In this document: positions 1 through 7,515 of the stretch, piece after piece
Position numbering within the stretch: the first letter of the stretch is position 1
How the letters are laid out: each line of letters starts with the position of its first letter
Assembly (NCBI GenBank): GCA_016191385.1
Contig: JACPOT010000047.1
Coordinates: forward strand, 1 to 55,437
Origin: Chloroflexota bacterium
Lineage (GTDB): Bacteria; Chloroflexota; Limnocylindria; P2-11E
Reading direction: 5' to 3'
Length of the DNA: 55,437 bases
Program-made: the position numbers and the translations under genes
Notes under the pieces: model-generated
What the model was told of the DNA's origin: nothing
Seen by the model: the letters and a program-made list of their open reading frames with translations, nothing else
The model's database searches: none

Positions 1-140
1 CATCAACGGCTACCGCGACATGTGGCTCCTGATCCGCGCGCTCGACCGGCACACCAAGGAGGTGACAACATCATCGAAGACCGCGGCCTGACGAAGGCTC
101 AGAGGGCCGTCCGAAGTTCCACGACGAGCCGGACATCCTC
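1..140 (+). mobile_element. Right end of IS256-family insertion sequence, terminal inverted repeat ~104-140
   Basis: GGGCCGTCCGAAGTTCCACGACGAGCCGGACATCCTC resembles IS256/IS6120-type ends (...AAGTTCCAC...GGACATCCTC); an unrelated reading frame resumes at 141. Confidence 0.7.
2..91 (+). CDS. IS256-family transposase, C-terminal end (partial, runs off window start)
   Basis: Frame 2 reads INGYRDMWLLIRALDRHTKEVTTSSKTAA*, resembling the (R)xNGYxxxxxLxxAL tail of IS256/IS6120-like transposases; followed directly by an IS256-like end. Confidence 0.7.
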   Translation: MNGYRDMWLLIRALDRHTKEVTTSSKTAA

Positions 141-299
141 GAAAAGTTCGCGCTCACGGATTGGTGGGGTCGCGAATCCGACTTCCGGCCGATCGCCGAG
201 CGGTACAACCAGACGCGGGTCACGCTGAAGGGCTTCGACTCGTGGCCGACGGGGGACGTGTCGGAAGGACCCGGAGCCCTGCTGATCAAGCAGCCCTAG
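141..299 (+). pseudogene. 3' remnant of an unknown gene interrupted by the IS256 element
   Basis: Open frame with host-like codons starts exactly at the IS end: EKFALTDWWGRESDFRPIAERYNQTRVTLKGFDSWPTGDVSEGPGALLIKQP*; no start codon. Confidence 0.5.
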
Positions 300-347
300 C
301 CGCGGCCGGTTTCTTGGCTTGGGAACGGTCCTGGGTCTAGGTGGCGG

Positions 348-439
348 CCTGCTGCCCGCCTCCGTGATTTCATAGGCCGCTTATCCGACGCGCGCTTCCG
401 AGTCCACGGATCGCACGTCGTGCTCAGGAGTCGTGCTAG
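348..439 (+). repeat. Structured ~160-bp repeat, copy 1, left half (split by the 436-2188 element)
   Basis: CCTGCTGCCCGCCTC (348-362) = 3349-3363; GCCGCTTATC (376-385) = 3381-3390; TCGTGCTC (418-425) = 3424-3431. Confidence 0.85.
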
Positions 440-2188
440 GGCTCCTGTCGCAGCTGAATCGCGAAACTTTTGACAAGTTTCATGCGGCGAGCCCAGCCTC
501 CTTCGCGCGATCGTCGACGTAGCGGTCGATGGTACGGAGGGCCTGACGGATCCGCGGCGCCGTTGGGGCCGGCGCATCCGGCGCAGCGACCGCCAAGAGC
601 GGCCGCACGAAGCGGTGGTAGCTCTTGGTGAAGAAGAGCGCGACCTCGGTGCCGGCGGACGTGGTGACGTAGCGGTGCTCGCCCTCGAGACGACGGATGA
701 GCCCCTTGGCGCGCAGCCGGCGGAGGTCGTAGCTCATCTGCGCCGAGCTGTACGGGCGCAGCAGCAGCTGCTCGACGGCGGCGCGCAGGTCGGCGTTGCG
801 GAAGGGGACCACCTGGTGCAGCGCGAGGCAGAGGGCTCCCAGCAGCGCCACGACCCGTGGATCCCCGTAGCGCAAGGCCACGGTTCGTTGGCCGGCACGG
901 ACGTCCGGCAGTGCGACCTCGTCGAAGTGCGAGGTGGCGAGGGTGGGCGCGCAGGAAGCCCTCTGGAACGCGAGCATACGGCGGTTCACCTCGCGCTGGG
1001 CCTGGCGCAGCTCGCCGAGGTGCGCGACGCGGCGCTTCACGCCGAGGTCGCCGGGATCGTTGCAGACCATCTCGATGCGCAGCGCGCGACCCTCCTTGAG
1101 GTACTCCTTGATGAGGCTCGAGCGGTAGCGGACCTCGAGCTGCGGGTCGACACCGACGGTGTGGATGCGGGTCGGGAAGCGTCCCGGGGTCGGGTGCTTG
1201 CCGCGGCGGATGATGCGCCGGTCGAAGAGGAAGCTGACCTCGCTGTGGCCGCCCAGGCCGAGACCCTCGCGGGCGACGTCGGCGAAGAAGGCGCGGCCCT
1301 GCCGCGGCCGGTCGAGCACGAGCGTGCGGGAGAACTCGATCTGACGCAGCGAGAGGCGCCAGTCGTACCCGGCGGCGCGGTCCGCCGCCGTGAGCGGCAG
1401 GGGGAGCTCGTCCATCCAGCGGCGGAAGAGCCGCTCGACGTCGGCGGGGCCGATGCCGTCGCAGATCTGCTGCAGCGCCGCGGGGTCGGCGCAGCTCTTG
1501 AACCCGTTGCGCAGCGGCTCGAAGGCGATGCCGCGCGCCAGGAGCTGGCGCTTGGCGCGCTCGTGGCCGTTGCACCACAGCTGTGCCGCGTACGGGGCAT
1601 ACGTGCAGATCTGGATCGAGCAGGGCCCCACTCGCGGTCGAAGAGGTAGAGGTAGAACACGGTGATCCGCCGCTCCGTGCGGTGGAAGCCGTAGTGCGGG
1701 ATGCCCGTCGGGCCGCGGTGATCGACGCTGCCCATCCAGACCGAGCGGCGCTCCTGGGCCACCCCGATGGCGACGATCCCCTCGCGCTCCGCCGCCGCCG
1801 CGGCGTCCAGGTGCGGTCGGACGGTGGCGAGCTTGTCTTGGCGCGAGCGGAACGGGATGAGCGGGATGCCGCGCTCCTGGGCGTAGCGGCGCACCGCGGC
1901 GCGGAAGGCCTCCCCGATCGGCGCGAAGAGCGCCGGCGAGGGGATCGGGTTGCCGCGGTGATCGCGCAGAAAGGTGACCACGCCGCCGCCGCTCTGGAGC
2001 AGCGGGACGTACGCGTTGAAGACCATCCGGTCGAGATACTCGATGTCGAGGGTCACGTGCCCTTCGAGCGCCTCCGCCACGGACGGCCGCCGCTCCCGCT
2101 CCGTCATCGCCGCCACCTCCCCTGAATGGAAAGGGGCGACTCTCTCCCTCGGCGGTCTGAGGTCCGCGCGTCAGCGCGGCCTCGTTAG
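436..2188 (-). mobile_element. Putative IS-like element without TIRs, bounded by CTAA...CTAG (minus strand), single ORF
   Basis: Removing 440-2188 restores a 157-bp sequence colinear with the 161-bp repeat at 3349-3509; subterminal hairpin at 2159-2183; the ORF stop is followed by AAACTTGTCAAAAG...CTAG. Confidence 0.75.
480..2107 (-). pseudogene. Putative transposase/Rep-like protein (~542 aa if repaired) with C-terminal winged helix; 1-nt frameshift at ~1623-1626
   Basis: Two ORFs join as ...YLYLFDREWG[P]CSIQICTYAPY...NGHERAKRQ; motifs RQIEFSRTLVLD and IKEYLKEGRALRIE; wHTH-like YDLRRLRAKGLIRRLEGEHRY; SD GGAGG 8 nt before ATG 2107. Confidence 0.75.
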
Positions 2189-2253
2189 TTCCGCTTCTCT
2201 CGACCCCATCCCTTTCAAGGAGAAGGTCATGGGACGGATCCCATCCGGGCTAC
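2189..2253 (+). repeat. Structured ~160-bp repeat, copy 1, right half
   Basis: 43-bp exact match 2211-2253 = 3467-3509; the preceding 20 nt match copy 2 at 15/20 ungapped. Confidence 0.9.
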
Positions 2254-2354
2254 ACGCCGGCATTTCCGGGGATTTCCGACCTTTCCGCGCACGGGAGCAG
2301 GTGGGAAGAGATGCGACCTGACGCAGAGAAGCGGCCAAAGAGAAGAGGCCGGCG

Positions 2355-2552
2355 GTGGAACTCGCTATCACGACCGAGCGTGCTGGGGACAAGGGCTGGA
2401 TCGCGTTCGCGGCCGAGGTGCGCGCAACGGCGCAGGGGACGACCGAGGCGGAGGCGAAGCAGAATCTGCGCGCGCTCCTCGAGCGGTACCCCGATCTGCT
2501 CGATGACCTGCGGCAGGCGGCGGATCGTCGCGTCGAGCTGATCAGGCTTTGA
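2355..2552 (+). CDS. hicB: HicB-like antitoxin (short, no DNA-binding domain)
   Basis: GWIAFAAEVRATAQGTTEAEAKQNLRALL matches the HicB 'aQGeTxeEAxxNlxeal' pattern. Confidence 0.7.
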   Translation: MELAITTERAGDKGWIAFAAEVRATAQGTTEAEAKQNLRALLERYPDLLDDLRQAADRRVELIRL

Positions 2553-2564
2553 GGTAGCGACCCG

Positions 2565-2810
2565 CTGCCTTCGCTTCCTGAGCTCAAGTACCGCGAGCTC
2601 ATCAACCTGTTGAAGTTCTTCGGAAGCGACCTCGAAGGCGAAGACTCGCCGCAGCTCAAGGTCACGAACCGCTCTGGCAAGAAGGTCGCGGTGCACTGCC
2701 ATCCAAGCCAGGGGCTCTGGCCGCAAGCGCTCAGCCGCCTCATTCGCGACCTCGAGATCACACGAGACGAGTTCTGGGAGTGGTCCAACGCGGGGCGGAA
2801 GGCGCGGTGA
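2565..2810 (+). CDS. hicA: HicA-like toxin, divergent; probable CTG start
   Basis: LPSLPELKYRELINLLKFFG...KKVAVHCHPSQGLWPQALSRLIRDLEITRDEF follows the HicA dsRBD-like pattern; SD GAGGT 9 nt upstream; canonical GSH replaced by SPQ. Confidence 0.65.
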   Translation: MPSLPELKYRELINLLKFFGSDLEGEDSPQLKVTNRSGKKVAVHCHPSQGLWPQALSRLIRDLEITRDEFWEWSNAGRKAR

Positions 2811-3331
2811 CGATGCCACGGACGACACAGAGAGCATCGCCACGTCGAGACGCGCTTGGATGGTCGGTCGTTCGCGTCATCCTTCTCAGCAAGGGCGGCG
2901 AGGATCTGATGGACCCGCCGGGCCGAGACCTGCTCGTGAGCGGCCGGCACAACTTCGCGGACCTCGCGGCCGCGATCAACAAAGCGTTCGCGCGGTCGGA
3001 CATGTCGCACCTGCACGAGTTCCGACTGACGGACGGTCGGCGGGTCACCATCGCGGAAGGCGCGGATGATCTCGGGGAGACCGACCCGGTGGTGGATCTC
3101 GATGAGCGAGATCAGACGCTGAGCTCGCTGGGCCTCCACGCAGGCGACTCGTTCACCTACGCCTTCGACTTCGGCGACGACTGGGAACACAGGTGCACGG
3201 TGCTGCGCACTGACGTCGACCCCGTGAAGGAGTGCGGCAGTGCGCCATCCGAGATCACCCCGATCTTCGGATGGGGCACGATCCCGGACCAGTACGGGCG
3301 GCTGTCCCTAGACGACGATCGCGACAAGTAG
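2807..3331 (+). CDS. Plasmid pRiA4b ORF-3 / IS1096 passenger TnpR-like protein
   Basis: FADLAAAINKAFARSDMSHLHEF ... FTYAFDFGDDWEHRC motifs; GTGA overlap with hicA. Confidence 0.85.
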   Translation: MTMPRTTQRASPRRDALGWSVVRVILLSKGGEDLMDPPGRDLLVSGRHNFADLAAAINKAFARSDMSHLHEFRLTDGRRVTIAEGADDLGETDPVVDLDERDQTLSSLGLHAGDSFTYAFDFGDDWEHRCTVLRTDVDPVKECGSAPSEITPIFGWGTIPDQYGRLSLDDDRDK

Positions 3332-3348
3332 CAGTCCCGATGAGACGA

Positions 3349-3509
3349 CCTGCTGCCCGCCTCACCTTGTTCTTCGCTTAGCCGCTTATCTGACGTGCGA
3401 TCCGGATCGACGAAGGTCCGGGTTCGTGCTCGACTGACACACGAGGCCGCTTCCCGCGACCTCGTTCCTTTCAAGGAGAAGGTCATGGGACGGATCCCAT
3501 CCGGGCTAC
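3349..3509 (+). repeat. Structured ~160-bp repeat, copy 2 (uninterrupted); possible IS110-like non-coding end
   Basis: Colinear with the rejoined copy 1; hairpins TCGTG..CACGA, GACCT..TCCT-TTCA-AGGA..AGGTC and ATGGGA-CGGA-TCCCAT; ends in SD AAGGAG + ATG GGA CGG ATC. Confidence 0.85.
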
Positions 3510-3691
3510 TCGAGGCGTCGTCATTGGCGATCCGTCGACGCGGCGCTCATGGGTCGGCGGCGAGGGCGTCTCCCCGTAAGAGAGAAGGCACACGCGGCGA
3601 TCGATCCGCGCGACGCGTAAGGCGGCGTTGGCGTTTCTCTGCGCTGGTGAGCGCCCTGTTGCAGCGCGTCTCTCTGACGTGCTGACTTGCT

Positions 3692-3866
3692 GTGGCGCGC
3701 GTGGCTGATCCGTGGGACGTCGAGGACATCCTGCGGGACGTGTTCTCGGAGCTGGTCGAGGCGAACCGGCGGCTCATGCCGATCGACGACGTTGCCGCTT
3801 GGCTGTTTCGCGTGGCGCGGAATCGCATCACGGACCTGTTCCGGAAGATGCAGCCTGACAGCTTCA
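3692..3866 (+). pseudogene. ECF sigma factor fragment (region 2 only)
   Basis: RVADPWDVEDILRDVFSELV...VAAWLFRVARNRITDLFRK is a sigma-70 region 2 signature; N-terminus and region 4 are missing. Confidence 0.75.
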
Positions 3867-3891
3867 GCGCGAGGGCGTCGTCGCGCTGGCC

Positions 3892-4092
3892 GTGCGGGCT
3901 TTCACGGTGCTCGGGATCTTGGCGCTGTGCCGGATCCTGTTCGGCGGATCTGGGGACCCGACCAGAGATCGCTCCGAGCTGCGTCGTCGCACGGCTGAGC
4001 CTTGGCAACGCCTGAGCCCAGAGGAGCGGGAACGACTGCGGCAAGGCGCGGCCGCGCCCGTATCATCTGGCGCGGCGAGCAAGGGGGAATGA
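3892..4092 (+). pseudogene. C-terminal fragment of a small membrane protein of the type usually paired with this ECF sigma
   Basis: LGILALCRILFGG...WQRLSPEERERLRQG; N-terminal helices absent. Confidence 0.55.
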
Positions 4093-4886
4093 TGGGACCG
4101 GTCGTAGGGACGACACCGCGTCGGGATGGCACGGACGCGATCAAGAAGAACGCAAGGGTCGCGGGACTGCTCTACCTGCTGGCTGGGATCCTCGCGGTGT
4201 TCAGCTACCAGTACGTTCCCGGCGCTCTCATCGTGCGTGGGGACGCAGCGGCGACGGCCTACCGCGTCGTGACCTCTGAGTGGGTCCTTCGCCTCGGGAT
4301 CGCGAGCGAATTGATCTCTGCGGTCTTGTTCATATTCCTGGTCCTGGCCCTCTATCGGTTGTTCAAGGGGGTCGACCGGGCGCTGGCGTCGCTGATGGTG
4401 ATCCTGGTGCTGGTCTCGATCCCCATCTCATTCGTCAATGTGCTGAGCGAGATCGCAGCCCTGACGCTGTTGAGCCGCGCCGACCTCTTGTCCGTCTTCG
4501 AGAAGCCGCAGCTGGACGCTCTCGCGTCGATGTTCCTCGGCCTGCACGGCCAGGGACTCGTCGTTGTGTCGATCTTCTGGGGACTGTGGCTGCTTCCGCT
4601 CGGGGTGCTCGTCATGCGGTCGGGCTTCGCTCCTCGGGTGATCGGCCTCCTGCTGATCCCTGCGGGTCTTGCGTACGTGATCGCCAGCTCCACGAACATC
4701 CTTCTGCCGCAGTTCGCGAGCGTGGTCTCCAGGCTTGCGCCCATCCCTGAAGGCCTGGGAGAGGTGCCGATGCTCCTGTGGCTCTTGATCACAGGCATGC
4801 GTGCGACACCGCTCGAGCGCGCCGAGACCGCCACTCGTCCTGAGCTCTCGGTCGAGGCCGCCGGCATGGAACGATCCGAGGCCTGA
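4089..4886 (+). CDS. DUF4386-family membrane protein
   Basis: ARVAGLLYL...GDAAATA...IFWGLWLLPLGVL...GEV pattern; multiple TM segments. Confidence 0.8.
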   Translation: MMGPVVGTTPRRDGTDAIKKNARVAGLLYLLAGILAVFSYQYVPGALIVRGDAAATAYRVVTSEWVLRLGIASELISAVLFIFLVLALYRLFKGVDRALASLMVILVLVSIPISFVNVLSEIAALTLLSRADLLSVFEKPQLDALASMFLGLHGQGLVVVSIFWGLWLLPLGVLVMRSGFAPRVIGLLLIPAGLAYVIASSTNILLPQFASVVSRLAPIPEGLGEVPMLLWLLITGMRATPLERAETATRPELSVEAAGMERSEA

Positions 4887-4928
4887 GCGCCGGTCATACT
4901 GCGCGCCAGTAGCCCGAGGAGGGAAAGA

Positions 4929-6515
4929 ATGTCTCGCCGACCGAAGATCTTCCTAGCCATCACCTTCGTCCTCGGCATCGCCGTCTCAGCGTGCGCTCCG
5001 GCGTCCGCGCCGGCGGCTTCGCCGAGCGCGGCGGCGAGTGCCGCTAGTGGACCGAAGAAGGGCGGCACGCTCGTCCTTGCGCGCGCCGGGGAAGTGACCA
5101 ACCTCGACCCGCACAAGGTCCCTGCGTTCACGTCGGCGCGGGTCTTTGAGCTTGTCTATAGCTATCTCATGCGGCTCGACGAGGGCCTCGCGGTCCAGCC
5201 GGATCTCGCCGAGTCCATGCCGACGACGTCGCCCGATGGCAAGCAGGTGACGGTGAAGATCCGGAAAGGCGTGAAGTTCCACAACGGCGATCCACTCACG
5301 AGCGCGGACGTGAAATACACATTCGAGCGCATCATCGACCCTAAGACCGCAGCGGTCGCGCGGTCGTTCTTCGGCGACGTCAGCGCCGTCAGCGCGCCCG
5401 ACGAGTCGACGGTCGTGTTCGACCTGAAGACGCCGAACGCCGCGCTCATCGCGTACATGGCACACCCCAACACCGGCATCGTCTCGAAGAAGATCGGCGA
5501 GGCCAACGCCGATCTCACGAAGAAGGAGACCGCCATCGGCAGCGGTCCGTTCAAGCTGGCCGAATGGGTGCCGGACAACTTCATGCGGTTCGAGGCGAAC
5601 AAGGACTACTACGTGGCGGGTCAGCCTTTGCTCGCCGGCATCCGCATCAACGTCGTGCCGGACGAGACGAGCCTGGTCGCGGCGCTGCGTACTAAGGCAG
5701 CTGACATGGCGATCCTGGTCGACGCTAAGGTCGCGCGGACGCTGCGCACGGAATCCGGCGTAACGCTCTCCGCCAAGCCGAGCCTCAGCTACAACCTCCT
5801 GTTCGTCAACACGAAGCGCAAGCCATTCGACAACGTCAAGGTCCGCCAGGCGATCGCGTACGCGATCGACCGCAAGGCCATCATCGACGCCGTCGCTTTC
5901 GGCGAAGGTGAGGTCACCGGGCCGATCGCCCCGGCGCTCACGAACTACGCGCTCGCGACCTCGCAGTATCCGCTGTACACGCGCGATGTCGCGAAGGCGA
6001 AGCAGCTGCTCCAGGAGGCGAACGTCGGCCCCGTCTCGTTCACCATGCTGACGCAGACGACCGAGCCCGCCTACGCCAAGGACATCGCGCAGCTGGTGCA
6101 GGCCCAGCTCAGCGAGATCGGCGTCACGATGAAGATCGAGACCCTCGAGTTCACGCAGTGGGTCGACCGCTGGCTCAAGGCCGATTTCGACATGGCTCCC
6201 GGGCTCAACGGCGGCGGTCCGGACCCCGACTTCTACGTCTTCCGGTACTTCACCGACGACGGGAATCTGAACTTCGTCACCAGCTACAAGAACCCGGTCT
6301 CGAGCGACGCGATCAAGACCGCACGCGCCACGACCGACGTCGCGAAGCGCAAGGATCTCTACGCGACCGCCCAGAAGGAGCTCGTCAACGGAGTGCCGTT
6401 CATCTGGCTCTACGTCGGCCGCGACTACAACGCGTCGCTGCCCACGACGAAGGGCTTCACGCACCTACCGAACGGCTCGATCATCTATCTGCGGCAGACC
6501 TGGCTGGACAAGTAA
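4929..6515 (+). CDS. Peptide/nickel ABC transporter substrate-binding lipoprotein (family 5)
   Basis: Lipobox VSAC; LDPH, GVKFHNGDPLTSADVKYTF, GSGPFKL, PFDNVKVRQAIAYAIDR. Confidence 0.95.
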   Translation: MSRRPKIFLAITFVLGIAVSACAPASAPAASPSAAASAASGPKKGGTLVLARAGEVTNLDPHKVPAFTSARVFELVYSYLMRLDEGLAVQPDLAESMPTTSPDGKQVTVKIRKGVKFHNGDPLTSADVKYTFERIIDPKTAAVARSFFGDVSAVSAPDESTVVFDLKTPNAALIAYMAHPNTGIVSKKIGEANADLTKKETAIGSGPFKLAEWVPDNFMRFEANKDYYVAGQPLLAGIRINVVPDETSLVAALRTKAADMAILVDAKVARTLRTESGVTLSAKPSLSYNLLFVNTKRKPFDNVKVRQAIAYAIDRKAIIDAVAFGEGEVTGPIAPALTNYALATSQYPLYTRDVAKAKQLLQEANVGPVSFTMLTQTTEPAYAKDIAQLVQAQLSEIGVTMKIETLEFTQWVDRWLKADFDMAPGLNGGGPDPDFYVFRYFTDDGNLNFVTSYKNPVSSDAIKTARATTDVAKRKDLYATAQKELVNGVPFIWLYVGRDYNASLPTTKGFTHLPNGSIIYLRQTWLDK

Positions 6516-6522
6516 GGGACGA

Positions 6523-6549
6523 GCGGCGGGAGGCGCGGCTTCCCGCCGC
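6523..6549 (+). terminator. GC-rich intercistronic stem-loop after the binding-protein gene (mRNA stabiliser or attenuator)
   Basis: GCGGCGGGA...TCCCGCCGC 9-bp stem; no U-tract. Confidence 0.55.
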
Positions 6550-6561
6550 CGCGGCTGACGG

Positions 6562-7515
6562 GTGAGTCGCTATCTCGCGCTGCGTCTGTCCGGCGCGGTG
6601 CCCACGCTCCTCGGTGTGTCGATCTTGACGTTCCTGTTCATCCGCCTCATCCCCGGGGATGCCATCGCGGCACGCCTGGGCACGTCGACCGCGTTGACCC
6701 CCGAACAGCTGGCTGGCCTGCGCGCCTACTTCGGTCTCGACCAGCCCCTGCCCGTGCAGTATTGGAGCTGGCTCACCTCCCTCCTGCGTGGGGACGCGGG
6801 CTATTCGATCCGTACGGGCCGGCCCGTGCTCGTCGAGATCGGCGAGCGGCTGCCGGCGACCCTCGAGCTCGCCGCCGCGGCAGCGCTCATCGCGCTCCTC
6901 GTCGGCCTGCCGCTCGGACTGCTCTCGGCGATGCGGCCACGGACGCGCCTCGACGTGGCGGCGCGCATCGGCGGGCTGGTCGGACTGTCGCTCCCCAGCT
7001 TCTGGCTCGGGACGCTCATCGTCCTTGTCTTTTCTTTGCACCTGCGCTGGCTTCCGAACACGGGGGGCTATGTCGACTTCCTTCGCGATCCGATCGCGAA
7101 CCTCGCGCTGCTCTTGTTCCCCGCGATCACGCTCGGCGTCGCGCTGGCTGCCGCGACGATGCGCATGACCCGGTCGGCGATGCTCGACGTGCTCGGGGCG
7201 GACTACGTTCGCACCGCAGCGGCGAAGGGGCTGCGCCGCTCGCTCATCGTGCGACGTCACGTGCTCAAGAACGGCCTGATCGTCGTCGTCACGCTCCTCG
7301 GGATCCAGGTGGGACAGCTTTTCGGTGGCGCGGTGGTCGTCGAGGAGATCTTCTCCATCCCGGGTGTCGGACGGATGCTGCTCACCGCCATCGTCCAGCG
7401 GGACTACGCCCTCGTGCAGGGAGGAGTGCTCGTGATCGCCATCCTCTTCGTCGTCGTCAACATCGTCGTGGATCTGCTCTATGGCTACCTGGATCCCCGA
7501 ATCCGCCTCTCGTAG
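6562..7515 (+). CDS. Peptide ABC transporter permease (DppB/OppB-like)
   Basis: GLDQPLPVQY, RLPATLEL, DYVRTAAAKGL (EAA loop). Confidence 0.95.
   Translation: MSRYLALRLSGAVPTLLGVSILTFLFIRLIPGDAIAARLGTSTALTPEQLAGLRAYFGLDQPLPVQYWSWLTSLLRGDAGYSIRTGRPVLVEIGERLPATLELAAAAALIALLVGLPLGLLSAMRPRTRLDVAARIGGLVGLSLPSFWLGTLIVLVFSLHLRWLPNTGGYVDFLRDPIANLALLLFPAITLGVALAAATMRMTRSAMLDVLGADYVRTAAAKGLRRSLIVRRHVLKNGLIVVVTLLGIQVGQLFGGAVVVEEIFSIPGVGRMLLTAIVQRDYALVQGGVLVIAILFVVVNIVVDLLYGYLDPRIRLS

Noticed and set aside
2263-2287. TTTCCG three times upstream of hicB
   Set aside because: Short and unevenly spaced (10 and 9 bp); could be an operator but too weak to support
2171-3486. Minus-strand peptides MTFSLKG..SREA and plus-strand PFKEKVMGRIPSGL seen in both repeat copies
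   Set aside because: A by-product of the DNA repeat; the frames diverge immediately outside the identical block
348-3509. Repeat pair as CRISPR array, integron attC sites or group II intron ends
   Set aside because: Only two long copies; no cas gene, integrase or reverse transcriptase; no RYYYAAC/GTTRRRY boxes; no GUGYG start or domain V consensus
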